The notes under the pieces: model-generated
The model's database searches: none
Told to the model about the DNA's origin: nothing
The model's input: the letters and a program-made list of their open reading frames with translations, nothing else
Source of the DNA: a virus
Taxonomy: Duplodnaviria; Caudoviricetes
Strand: one strand, 5' to 3'
IMG/VR virus record: IMGVR_UViG_3300025610_003176
Coordinates: 1-41,578 of that record
Length of the DNA stretch: 41,578 bases
In this document: positions 7,878-16,915 of the stretch, piece after piece
Numbering within the stretch: position 1 is the stretch's first letter
Layout: each line of letters opens with the position of its first letter
Program-made: the position numbers and the translations under genes

Positions 7878-8045
7878 ATGAGTAGATTTGAAGATTTTAC
7901 TGACAAAGAAAAACGTATGTTTGCTGAAGCACTTTGGAGACGCCAAAGATGTTTTGTTGCTGGTGATAGGATGTTCAGAGATTATGAAAAAGTTTTGAAT
8001 GAAGTTTTAGAAGAAATTGATTATATTCCAGGAAGAGTAATATGA
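7878..8045 (+). CDS. Small hypothetical protein (55 aa)
   Basis: SD AGGAG; MSRFEDFTDKEKRMFAEALWRRQR...; ATGA overlap with gnd. Confidence 0.65.
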   Translation: MSRFEDFTDKEKRMFAEALWRRQRCFVAGDRMFRDYEKVLNEVLEEIDYIPGRVI

Positions 8046-9091
8046 AAGTAGGAATCATTGGTTTAGGGAGAATGGGCGAGGGTATGTCTCGTCGCATGAT
8101 CAAAGCAGGTATCGAAGTTCATGGATATCGTAACAACTATAAAAAATCTGAAGAGCAATATGAGAAGGGTTATATCAGTGGATGTACCACTTCTATTGAA
8201 AGCCTTGTTCGAGTAGTTCATAGTGGTCTGGGAGTTCTAACAAACGATGCTGCCAAATCTCCAGGCATCTTCATGATGGTTGTACCAGCAGAAACTGTAG
8301 AGGACACACTAAATGAGTTATTACAATTTTGTGTGGAAGGCGATATTATTATTGATCATGGCAATTCCAATTTTAAAGACTCTAGACGCAGGGCAGAACG
8401 GTTATCTAAACTTGGCATCGCGTATATTGACTGTGGTACTAGTGGTGGTGTTTACGGTCTGGAGCGTGGATACTGTCTTATGGTTGGTGGTGCAAATACT
8501 GCAGTATCCGTCTGCGCTCCTATCTTTAGGGCACTCGCACCAGGTATCGGATCTGCCCCTCGTACAAATCCAACCAGTCGTGCAACATCTGCAGAGTATG
8601 GTTGGTTGCATTGTGGACCACCAGGTGCAGGGCATTTTGTAAAGATGGTTCATAACGGAGTCGAGTATGGAATCATGCAAGCATACGCAGAAGGATTTAA
8701 TATCCTGCATGAAGCTAATGCTGGCAGCAAGTACGTCAAGGCAGGTGATGCTGAGGTGGCTCCGATGGAGAATCCGGAAGATTATTGTTATGACATTGAC
8801 TGTTCTGAGGTGGCTGAGTTATGGCGTCGTGGTAGCGTGGTTGGTAGTTGGTTACTTGACCTTACCGCTGATGTATTACGCGGCAATAGAGAACTTGGCA
8901 AATTCGATGGGGGAGTTAGCGATAGTGGTGAGGGTCGTTGGACTCTTCACGCTGCTGTGGATCTTGGTGTTCCCGCACCTGTTATATCTACCGCACTATT
9001 TGAGAGATTCGGATCAAGAAGATTAGGTGCATTTGCAAACCGTGTTTTAAATGGAATGCGATATAAGTTTGGTGGCCATGACGTTCGCTGA
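8042..9091 (+). CDS. gnd: 6-phosphogluconate dehydrogenase (short type)
   Basis: GLGRMG, IDHGN, DCGTSGG, GHFVKMVHNGVEYG, DSGEGRW. Confidence 0.97.
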   Translation: MKVGIIGLGRMGEGMSRRMIKAGIEVHGYRNNYKKSEEQYEKGYISGCTTSIESLVRVVHSGLGVLTNDAAKSPGIFMMVVPAETVEDTLNELLQFCVEGDIIIDHGNSNFKDSRRRAERLSKLGIAYIDCGTSGGVYGLERGYCLMVGGANTAVSVCAPIFRALAPGIGSAPRTNPTSRATSAEYGWLHCGPPGAGHFVKMVHNGVEYGIMQAYAEGFNILHEANAGSKYVKAGDAEVAPMENPEDYCYDIDCSEVAELWRRGSVVGSWLLDLTADVLRGNRELGKFDGGVSDSGEGRWTLHAAVDLGVPAPVISTALFERFGSRRLGAFANRVLNGMRYKFGGHDVR

Positions 9092-9209
9092 TGTCTTACT
9101 TTGGGGAGCAATACCCTTTGTATTATCCACAATATATTTCGGGGTACGAAAAGGTGAAAATGACTACTATGACTCAGACGACTATGATGGAAATGGAACA
9201 GCTCACTAG
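9078..9209 (+). CDS. ndhP: NdhP-like small subunit of the photosynthetic NDH-1 complex (43 aa)
   Basis: MTFADVLLWGAIPFVLSTIYFGVRKGENDYYDSDDYDGNGTAH: one TM helix plus the FG-x-R...YD-x-D-x-Y-x-GNG[ST]AH C-terminus typical of NdhP. Absent from the ORF track. Confidence 0.8.
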   Translation: MTFADVLLWGAIPFVLSTIYFGVRKGENDYYDSDDYDGNGTAH

Positions 9210-10527
9210 ACGCATAGTTATCTTTGGTGCTACTGGAGATCTATGTAAAAGAAAACTTATTCCTGCACTCTTTCAATTGTGGAAGAAAGAACTTCTTCCT
9301 AAGGAACTATTAATTGTTGGTGCTTCTCGCAGAGAGCATACCAGGGAATCGTGGTTAGAGCATCTTGGTGATTATCCAATAGAGTTTACACATTGGTTAG
9401 ATTTTAGATCTTGTGATCTTGATAACCAGGATAGTCTTTCTGTTCTTCATGATGAAAGTGTAGATACAACTTATTTCTTATCTGTTCCACCAGAGAGATA
9501 CGAAAATGCTATCATTAATCTCAAAGAAGCTGGGTTCTTGGATGACCCAGATCACTCCAGAGTGGTTATCGAAAAACCCTTTGGGTACGATTATAAATCT
9601 GCTAATCATCTACAGTCAGTGGTGGGCAGGTATCTACGCGAGAAGCAAGTTTATCGCATTGACCATTATCTTGGTAAAGATACTGTCAATAATATTCTTG
9701 CTACCCGCTTTGGGAATATACTTCTTGAACCACTTTGGAATAGGCAGTATATAGAAGAGATTCAAATTTTTGCAACTGAAACACTTGGTTGTGAAGGTCG
9801 AGCACAATATTATGATACTGCAGGTGTTGTAAGAGACATGTTGCAGAACCATATGCTTCAAGTTTTGTCTTTGATTGCTATGGATGCACCTTGCAGGATG
9901 GACGCAAAAGAGATTCGCAGAGAGAAAACAAAAGTTCTTGCTGCAACCAGACTTGGAAAAAAGTTTGTCACTGGTCAGTATGAAGGATATAGAAATGAAC
10001 AAGGTGTAGGTACAGATTCAGTGACTCAAACTTTTGTTGCTGGCGACATTTATGTAGATAACTGGAGATGGGAAGGTGTTCCTTTCTATTTCATGACTGG
10101 TAAGAAAATGCCTTATCAATGTGTTGAGGTTGTTGTCAAACTCAAAGCACCACCTGTTGGATTATTTGAAGGAGAGACACCAGGTCGTATCGTAATGCGA
10201 CTACAACCACATGCTCACCTTGATATTCAAATTGATGTGAAGTCTCCTGGACTTGGTGAGGATGTTGAGAAAGCAACATTGACACACCGTTATCCTGATT
10301 GGTTAGGTGTAGATGGTTATGAAAAATTATTCTTTGATGCAATCAACAACGATCAATCTCATTTTGTTCACTCTGATGAAGTGACTGAATCTTGGAGAAT
10401 TGTTGATGATCTTCTTTGCACTGGTGACAAATGCCCTGTAAGAACTGCTCCCTACATTTATAAGGAAGGTTCTTGGGGTCCTACTCATAAAACAAATTTG
10501 ATTACCGATTGGGACTATCCAGCATAA
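9187..10527 (+). CDS. zwf: Glucose-6-phosphate 1-dehydrogenase
   Basis: IFGATGDL, EKPFG, RIDHYLGK, RDMLQNH. The start is probably ATG 9184-9193 rather than 9091. Confidence 0.97.
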   Translation: MEMEQLTRRIVIFGATGDLCKRKLIPALFQLWKKELLPKELLIVGASRREHTRESWLEHLGDYPIEFTHWLDFRSCDLDNQDSLSVLHDESVDTTYFLSVPPERYENAIINLKEAGFLDDPDHSRVVIEKPFGYDYKSANHLQSVVGRYLREKQVYRIDHYLGKDTVNNILATRFGNILLEPLWNRQYIEEIQIFATETLGCEGRAQYYDTAGVVRDMLQNHMLQVLSLIAMDAPCRMDAKEIRREKTKVLAATRLGKKFVTGQYEGYRNEQGVGTDSVTQTFVAGDIYVDNWRWEGVPFYFMTGKKMPYQCVEVVVKLKAPPVGLFEGETPGRIVMRLQPHAHLDIQIDVKSPGLGEDVEKATLTHRYPDWLGVDGYEKLFFDAINNDQSHFVHSDEVTESWRIVDDLLCTGDKCPVRTAPYIYKEGSWGPTHKTNLITDWDYPA

Positions 10528-10530
10528 CCT

Positions 10531-10653
10531 ATGGACGAAGACGAGAAGAGAGAGTTCTATAAGGGACTTCGAGAACGAATAAAGCAACTTAGGATGGAAC
10601 ATTTGTTTGAGGAACCTTGCCCACTTTACGAAGAAGAAGATGATGATTCATAA
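10531..10653 (+). CDS. Small acidic protein (40 aa)
   Basis: MDEDEKREFYKGLRERIKQLRMEHLFEEPCPLYEEEDDDS. Confidence 0.6.
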   Translation: MDEDEKREFYKGLRERIKQLRMEHLFEEPCPLYEEEDDDS

Positions 10654-10807
10654 AGTCGCACACTTTGCTGCTTGGACTTTAAATAATCCCTGGACACTGA
10701 CACCTATGTGTATGGCACTGGTTTTCGTTCCTATTCTGGGAATGTGGGCAGTCCACAAATATGGATGGGAACATTGGGCACCATTTGACAAAAAACATAA
10801 GAAGTAG
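10640..10807 (+). CDS. Small single-TM membrane protein
   Basis: MMIHKVAHFAAWTLNNPWTLTPMCMALVFVPILGMWAVHKYGWEHW... Confidence 0.7.
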   Translation: MMIHKVAHFAAWTLNNPWTLTPMCMALVFVPILGMWAVHKYGWEHWAPFDKKHKK

Positions 10808-10813
10808 TATAAT
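10785..10813 (+). promoter_or_regulatory. Sigma70-type promoter
   Basis: Perfect TTGACA-N17-TATAAT. Confidence 0.85.
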
Positions 10814-10841
10814 TACTTCTGTTGAGATCACTCAACTGCTG

Positions 10842-10884
10842 CATTCCCCTTGGTAGTTCAGGAATGGAGGCGATAGGAACTGCC
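10842..10884 (+). ncRNA. Predicted H-type pseudoknot in the tRNA-Pro leader
   Basis: CATTCC (10842-47) pairs with GGAATG (10861-66); GGTAGTTC (10852-59) pairs with GAACTGCC (10877-84). Confidence 0.5.
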
Positions 10885-10888
10885 GTTA

Positions 10889-10962
10889 CGGAATGTAGCT
10901 CAGTTTGGTAGAGCACTGCTTTTGGGAAGCAGTGGCCGCAGGTTCGAATCCTGTCATTCCGA
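10889..10962 (+). tRNA. tRNA-Pro(TGG)
   Basis: Acceptor CGGAATG/CATTCCG, anticodon arm CTGCT-TT-TGG-GA-AGCAG. Confidence 0.93.
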
Positions 10963-10984
10963 TTGCCAGTTTATACTGGCACAC

Positions 10985-11013
10985 TTGACTACATAGTCAC
11001 AACACCTTATAAT
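10985..11013 (+). promoter_or_regulatory. Sigma70-type promoter
   Basis: TTGACT-N17-TATAAT. Confidence 0.8.
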
Positions 11014-11036
11014 AACTGGGTAAATCAAACATAGCA

Positions 11037-11258
11037 ATGGCACTGACCGAAAAATTCAAATCGAAAGATCTCAGCATTCTCCGTGCTGCGTCTAATGGTG
11101 ATTTTTTCCTTGATGTAAAAAATCCGAAACTTTATAAAAAGGTTCGTCGATATTATGAATCTGTAGGAGTAGTTTTTTCTGGCGAAGATCCTCTTGGGGA
11201 TTACGAAGCTCTAATGGATTACATCTATCAAGATCTTGAAGTTGTTGAAGTGGGTTGA
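11037..11258 (+). CDS. Cyanophage hypothetical protein
   Basis: 73-aa ORF directly downstream of the promoter. Confidence 0.75.
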   Translation: MALTEKFKSKDLSILRAASNGDFFLDVKNPKLYKKVRRYYESVGVVFSGEDPLGDYEALMDYIYQDLEVVEVG

Positions 11259-11530
11259 TGAAAGTTGTGAAAAAACCAAACGTTCTTCTTGAGCGTTTTC
11301 CTTATCGTTATGTTCAAGTCGGCACTCTGGAAATTAATGGCAAACCAGATTGTCGCATCCAAAAAGTAGATTCATATACTGGTCGATATCGTGATATGTA
11401 TCTTTGTGATAATGAAATGCAGTTGATGACTGCCATGGAAGATCACGATTATACATGTTGGTTAGACCCTGATATGATTCCTGCTTATGCTAAAGATAAT
11501 GTGAAGTCTCCATATCAAGTCGCGGAGTGA
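11258..11530 (+). CDS. Cyanophage hypothetical protein
   Basis: LLERFPYRYVQVG...YRDMYLCDNEMQ; TGATG coupling. Confidence 0.75.
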   Translation: MKVVKKPNVLLERFPYRYVQVGTLEINGKPDCRIQKVDSYTGRYRDMYLCDNEMQLMTAMEDHDYTCWLDPDMIPAYAKDNVKSPYQVAE

Positions 11531-11539
11531 CTTAAAACC

Positions 11540-11725
11540 TGCCCTGGTCGGTTGAAGGAACCCCTTCATTCCCGAAGTTTCTTACTTCTTTCAAAAGTAA
11601 GTGGTGGAGTCATTGACCTCCTTAGAGTTTACTGCCTCTCTCAAGGGCAGTTGGTGCGGATGGGGTTTTTATACTCCCGCCCTGTTTCTTGCTTCAGGTC
11701 AAAGAGCAAGTGGCGTGCATGAAAA
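11540..11725 (+). ncRNA. Structured RNA of three tandem pseudoknot units; likely includes the wcaG RNA motif
   Basis: Three units of S1-TTT-S2-S1'-S2'-TGGYG separated by hairpins, lying upstream of gmd and fcl/wcaG. Confidence 0.7.
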
Positions 11726-11734
11726 GACCATATG

Positions 11735-11764
11735 AAGCAGGGTTGCATAAACCCTGCTTTTTTT
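11735..11764 (+). terminator. Terminator overlapping a sigma70 promoter
   Basis: AAGCAGGGTT-N5-AACCCTGCTT followed by a T-tract; contains TTGCAT (11743)-N17-TATAAT (11766). Confidence 0.75.
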
Positions 11765-11791
11765 GTATAATGTAAAAAAATAAACTTATAA

Positions 11792-12802
11792 ATGAAAATC
11801 GCCCTAATTACGGGTATTACTGGACAGGATGGATCATACCTAGCAGAACTTCTTCTTGAGAAGGGATATGAAGTTCATGGTATTATTCGCCGTTCTTCTT
11901 TAATTAATACCCACCGAATTGATCATATTTATCCACAATTACATCTTCATTATGGAGATCTGACTGATTCTACTAACTTGGTGAGAGTTATTCAGCAGGT
12001 TCAACCAGATGAGATTTATAATCTTGGGGCTCAGAGTCATGTAAAGGTATCGTTTGAGATGCCTGAGTATACTGGTCAGACAGACGCTTTAGGTACTCTT
12101 AGAGTTCTTGAGGCAGTTCGTCTTCTGGGTATGGAAGATAAGGTTCGTATTTACCAAGCATCTACTAGCGAACTCTATGGTAAGGTGCAAGAGATTCCTC
12201 AAACAGAAACCACACCTTTCTATCCACGTTCTCCATATGGTGTTGCAAAACTGTATGGATATTGGATAGTAAAGAACTATCGTGAGTCATATGGAATGTA
12301 TGCGTGTAGCGGTATTCTTTTCAATCATGAATCTCCAAGACGAGGTGAGACATTTGTAACTCGTAAGATTACAAGAGCACTCAAAGCAATCTCCGAAGGC
12401 AAACAAGATTGTTTGTATCTTGGCAATCTTGATGCACTTCGTGACTGGGGACATGCCAGAGATTATGTTGAGGCGATGTGGTTGATGCTTCAGCAAGATA
12501 AACCTGAGGATTTTGTGATTGCCACAGGAAAACAATATTCTGTTCGTCAGTTTGTTGAAGAGGCAGCACCTAATTTTGAGATGCTTATTCGTTGGGAAGG
12601 TGATGGACTGAATGAAGTTGGAATTGATGTGGAAACTGGAAAAGTAGTTGTTAGAGTTGACTCTAAATATTTCCGACCTGCTGAAGTTGAAACTTTACTG
12701 GGTGATGCCACTAAGGCAAAAGAAGAACTGGGTTGGACACCTAAAACTTCGTTTAAAGAATTAGTTGATGAGATGTGTCGTTATGAGTCATACCATGAAT
12801 AG
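11792..12802 (+). CDS. gmd: GDP-mannose 4,6-dehydratase
   Basis: [55 protein letters not shown]. Confidence 0.97.
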   Translation: MKIALITGITGQDGSYLAELLLEKGYEVHGIIRRSSLINTHRIDHIYPQLHLHYGDLTDSTNLVRVIQQVQPDEIYNLGAQSHVKVSFEMPEYTGQTDALGTLRVLEAVRLLGMEDKVRIYQASTSELYGKVQEIPQTETTPFYPRSPYGVAKLYGYWIVKNYRESYGMYACSGILFNHESPRRGETFVTRKITRALKAISEGKQDCLYLGNLDALRDWGHARDYVEAMWLMLQQDKPEDFVIATGKQYSVRQFVEEAAPNFEMLIRWEGDGLNEVGIDVETGKVVVRVDSKYFRPAEVETLLGDATKAKEELGWTPKTSFKELVDEMCRYESYHE

Positions 12803-13745
12803 TCAAAGTAGAGTTTATGTTGCTGGCAATACTGGACTGGTAGGATCAGCAATCGTCCGTATGCTCCATTGGAAAGGATATACTAATATTCTTTCTTCAC
12901 CATCTTCTCATTGGGATTTACGTCGTCAGGAAGATGTTGAGAGATTTTTTCAAATTAATCAACCAGAATACGTCTATCTTGCTGCTGCAAAGGTTGGTGG
13001 GATTGGATCCAATAGTGATTATCCGGCACACTTCATCTATGATAATTTGATGATTCAATCAAATATCATTCATGCTGCCCGTAAGTTTGGTGTTAAGAAA
13101 CTCCTGTTTCTTGGTTCTTCATGCATCTATCCAAAGATGTGTGAACAACCAATCAAGGAAGAGTATCTGATGACAGGTCCTCTTGAACCCACGAATGATG
13201 CCTATGCAATTGCAAAGATTGCTGGCATCAAAATGTGCCAAGCATATCGTAAGCAGTATGGATTCAATGCAATCTCTTTGATGCCTACTAACTTGTATGG
13301 TCCTAATGATAACTTTGATTTAGAGTCATCTCATGTTCTTCCTGCGATGATTGCAAAATATCATTATGCAAAGACCGATGGATATACTATTGATATGGGT
13401 GGTCCTTGGTGGCCAGATGTAAAACTTTGGGGAGATGGATCGGCACGGAGAGAGTTTCTTCATGTTGATGACCTTGCCGAAGCATGTTATACTTGTATGA
13501 AAGATTATGATTCTTCAGAACCAATTAATGTTGGAACAGGAGAAGATATTACTATCAAAGAACTTGCGGGTATTGTTTCTGATGTAGTGGGATGTCCAAG
13601 TCAAACAGTATGGGATACTTCCAAACCGAATGGAACTCCAAGAAAAGTTCTTAATGTAGATAAGATTAAATCTCTTGGGTGGAAACCAAAAATTTCTCTC
13701 AAAGATGGAATTAAAACAACTTATGAGTGGTATAAAGATCAATGA
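12795..13745 (+). CDS. fcl: GDP-L-fucose synthase
   Basis: [46 protein letters not shown]. Confidence 0.95.
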   Translation: MNSQSRVYVAGNTGLVGSAIVRMLHWKGYTNILSSPSSHWDLRRQEDVERFFQINQPEYVYLAAAKVGGIGSNSDYPAHFIYDNLMIQSNIIHAARKFGVKKLLFLGSSCIYPKMCEQPIKEEYLMTGPLEPTNDAYAIAKIAGIKMCQAYRKQYGFNAISLMPTNLYGPNDNFDLESSHVLPAMIAKYHYAKTDGYTIDMGGPWWPDVKLWGDGSARREFLHVDDLAEACYTCMKDYDSSEPINVGTGEDITIKELAGIVSDVVGCPSQTVWDTSKPNGTPRKVLNVDKIKSLGWKPKISLKDGIKTTYEWYKDQ

Positions 13746-14413
13746 AATTTCTGACTTTTCTGAATTCTGGGTGTCATGATATTTGTTTGAATATGCTGAA
13801 GTCTGCTGAGAAAGTGGGTATCAACATGGATGACTTTATTATTGCATGTATGGATGAAGATGTTTATAACTCTTTTATTCTTAGGGGGTATAAAGGTGCT
13901 TTTCTTTATATGAATAGTAATTTAAAAGAATATCAGGATTGGACATTTAATAGTAATAGTGGATTTAGGAACGTAGTTAGACATAAATGGAAAATTATCA
14001 GTCAGGTTCATAGAGAACATCCTAATCTTATGTGGGTTGATACTGATATTGTCTTTAAAGAAAATCCTGTAGAACTTCTTACAGGTCATGATGAAGTACT
14101 ATTTCAAACTGATGCTCCTGGATCTACAATCTGTACTGGATTTATGGTATTTAATGAAACTTCTGAGTGCCGTCAATTGATTGAAGAATGTGGTGCAGAC
14201 GAAAGTGATGATGATCAGTTGATTATGAATCGTATTGGTCTTTCTAAGTATCATGATAATATTGCATTATTGTCAGAAGATTTGTTTCCAAATGGTAATG
14301 TTTATTATCAGCAGGGTAAAAAAGAAAACGCCATGATTGTTCATAATAATTGGATGGTCGGTGTGGAAACTAAAATTAATAAGTTTAAGGAGGAAGGATT
14401 GTGGTTTATTTGA
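13742..14413 (+). CDS. Nucleotide-diphospho-sugar transferase (GT77-like)
   Basis: WVDTDIVF DxD motif, CTGF, DDDQ, FPNG, VHNNW. Confidence 0.75.
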   Translation: MKFLTFLNSGCHDICLNMLKSAEKVGINMDDFIIACMDEDVYNSFILRGYKGAFLYMNSNLKEYQDWTFNSNSGFRNVVRHKWKIISQVHREHPNLMWVDTDIVFKENPVELLTGHDEVLFQTDAPGSTICTGFMVFNETSECRQLIEECGADESDDDQLIMNRIGLSKYHDNIALLSEDLFPNGNVYYQQGKKENAMIVHNNWMVGVETKINKFKEEGLWFI

Positions 14414-15255
14414 ATGAAGATTATCTGAGACCAAAGTCTCTTACACCAACATATCCTCCTTATCATCAAGGAGAGTATCTGGAAGAATATTTTTATAGTC
14501 GCTATCAACAATTAAAAGATAAACCAGAACGAGAATATATTGATATTTTTTGGTCAAATATTTTTTGCAATAAAGTTTGGGCAGGACAACCATACCCAGA
14601 TTTGCAGAATCTTCTTTATGAAACATTGAGTTCTGATGGTAAGTATTTCACAGTCTGTCAGCAAGATGATGGACCTTTTGAGGACTTTCCAGAAGACACT
14701 ATGATTTTTTCTGCTGGTGGTAATCGCAAAAAAGGTAATGTAATTCCTATTCCACTGGTTTGTTCTTCTATTTCTGAGGTTTCTAAACAGGAGCACAAAT
14801 ACTTTGCTTCCTTTATTGGGTCTAATACCTACTGGGTTAGGACTGATATGGTAAAAGCATTTCGTGGTAAGGATGATTGTCTCGTCAAAGCAGGAAATTG
14901 GGATATTAATGTTGGAGAAGAGAAACTGAATAACTTCCTTGATGTTATGTCTGCCTCTAAGTTTTCTTTGTGTCCTAGAGGATATGGAACTACTAGTTTC
15001 AGGCTTTATGAATCATTACAACTTGGAACAGTTCCTGTTTATATTTCCGACGATCATGCACTTCCTTGGTCTGATGAATTGGACTGGGAAGAATTTTGTG
15101 TTATAATTGATGATGATCATATTGGAGATACCTACAATATTTTGAAGAATATTTCTGATGATACATATAATGAGATGTTGAAGAAGGGTCAAGAACTTTA
15201 TCAAGATTATTTTTCCCTTCAAGGTGTCTTTGAAAACATTATGAAGAGGGTTTGA
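14401..15255 (+). CDS. Exostosin-like glycosyltransferase (GT47)
   Basis: SKFSLCPRGYGTTSFRLYESLQLGTVPVYISD...LPW. Confidence 0.85.
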   Translation: MVYLNEDYLRPKSLTPTYPPYHQGEYLEEYFYSRYQQLKDKPEREYIDIFWSNIFCNKVWAGQPYPDLQNLLYETLSSDGKYFTVCQQDDGPFEDFPEDTMIFSAGGNRKKGNVIPIPLVCSSISEVSKQEHKYFASFIGSNTYWVRTDMVKAFRGKDDCLVKAGNWDINVGEEKLNNFLDVMSASKFSLCPRGYGTTSFRLYESLQLGTVPVYISDDHALPWSDELDWEEFCVIIDDDHIGDTYNILKNISDDTYNEMLKKGQELYQDYFSLQGVFENIMKRV

Positions 15256-16166
15256 TGAAAGTAGCTATGATTTCTGGATATTCTATTGAAGAATATCATA
15301 AATTCGGTAAAGAAAGATACTGGTCAACTCCGAAAGGAGTATACGATGCTTTTGTGGACAATCCTAACGTCACTGAAATTAGACAATATCCAGTTCCAAG
15401 AGGAGATTCTTACGGAATTTTAGAATTGAAAAAAGACTGTGACTCGGGAAATTTTTTCCCAGATATTATTTTTTATATGTCTTGTGGTCCAGCAGATTGT
15501 GACAAGTATTTTAATAAAGAAAATTTTCCAAAGAGTAAGTTGGTTGTTGATTGTGGAGATGAACCACAAACATTTCACTATAATGTTCAAAGAACTGAAA
15601 ATGCTGACTTAATACTTACTCCGGATGTTGAATGTTATTTAAAATATAAATCGATGGGATATGATTGTATTTTTACATCACATTGGACTGATCCTAAAAT
15701 ATTTTATCCGTCACTGACAAGTTATACTCCTTTTGATGTTGTGACTTCTATGTATGGTAATCGTGGAGAAGTTGTTTCATATTTGCAAGAAAATCTAGGA
15801 GATTCTTTTTATTTGAAAAATAATTTAAAGGATATTGAGAATGGAGATTTGTATAGAAATGGTAAAATAGTATTTCAAAAAGCTAGATATGGTGAAGTAA
15901 CCAGAAGAATTTTTGAAGGAATGTCTTGCAAAAAGATGGTCATTACTGATAGATTATCAGAATCAAAACAATTAGATAAAATTTTTAAAGAAGATCATGA
16001 GATAGTTTTTTATTCGACAAAAGAAGAGGCTCTTGAAAAAATAAACTATTATTTGAATAATCCTACTGAAAGAGAAAAAATTGCTGAAAATGGATATAAT
16101 AAAGTCATAGAGTGTTTTACTACAAATAATATTGTTGAATATGTTTTAACTGGAAAAGACACATGA
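15255..16166 (+). CDS. GT-B glycosyltransferase (CgeB/Glyco_trans_1_2-like)
   Basis: RRIFEGMSC...VITD...EIVFY...KINYYLNNPTEREKIAENG. Confidence 0.75.
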   Translation: MKVAMISGYSIEEYHKFGKERYWSTPKGVYDAFVDNPNVTEIRQYPVPRGDSYGILELKKDCDSGNFFPDIIFYMSCGPADCDKYFNKENFPKSKLVVDCGDEPQTFHYNVQRTENADLILTPDVECYLKYKSMGYDCIFTSHWTDPKIFYPSLTSYTPFDVVTSMYGNRGEVVSYLQENLGDSFYLKNNLKDIENGDLYRNGKIVFQKARYGEVTRRIFEGMSCKKMVITDRLSESKQLDKIFKEDHEIVFYSTKEEALEKINYYLNNPTEREKIAENGYNKVIECFTTNNIVEYVLTGKDT

Positions 16167-16915
16167 AAAAAATTCTTTTAGTCTTTGGTTCTTATGCTGA
16201 TCAAAGGCAGCAGTTCTTTGACACTTATATGTCTCCAAGAAATCAAGAATATGCTGATAAGCATGGATTTGAATACCTTGAATTGAAAGAAAACCTCTAT
16301 AAGTATCGTGGAAATTATACTTGGTTGAAGTTTACTATTCTTGAGCAAATGCTTGAAGAAGGATATGTAACTGATGGAGATATCGTTACACATTTAGATG
16401 CTGATATGTGCATCGCAAATATTGATGAATTGTATCAGACAAATAAATCCTTTTCATATTCTATTGATTCTGGTAATACTCATTGTATGGGTAACTATTC
16501 TATCAAGATCAATGAATGGTCTAGAAAGTTAGTTGATAACATTCTTTCTGAAGATAGATATCAAGCTCTCAATGATGCTGTGTCTAGACATGAAAGGTTT
16601 GGTTATGTCAATAGTTTCTGGCACGAGTTCAGGGAGCAGGCATCCTGGTATTCTCTTGCCGGAATTAAAAGACACTCTGATGAACCTTTTTGGAATCTTC
16701 CAGATTATGGGTGGCATTCTGATAAAACTGAATGGACTGTTTATTCTTTAGAAGAACTTTATGAGCATGTAGAGATTCTTCCTACTGCCTGGAACGTTAC
16801 TGAACTAGAAGGAGAATCCAACTGTGAGTTTTTGATTAACAAAGTAAATAAAGAAGATGTAATTATCCGCCACTTTGCTGGTGGTCAACAATGGAGAAAG
16901 GAGTGGTTTGAATGA
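16163..16915 (+). CDS. GT-A glycosyltransferase (GT34/GMA12-like)
   Basis: YADKHGFEY, WLK, LDAD, EQ, IIRHFAG. Confidence 0.7.
   Translation: MKKILLVFGSYADQRQQFFDTYMSPRNQEYADKHGFEYLELKENLYKYRGNYTWLKFTILEQMLEEGYVTDGDIVTHLDADMCIANIDELYQTNKSFSYSIDSGNTHCMGNYSIKINEWSRKLVDNILSEDRYQALNDAVSRHERFGYVNSFWHEFREQASWYSLAGIKRHSDEPFWNLPDYGWHSDKTEWTVYSLEELYEHVEILPTAWNVTELEGESNCEFLINKVNKEDVIIRHFAGGQQWRKEWFE

Noticed and set aside
9091-9186. N-terminal extension of Zwf in the ORF track
   Set aside because: The region is better explained by the ndhP-like ORF in another frame; the Rossmann motif begins shortly after ATG 9187-9193.
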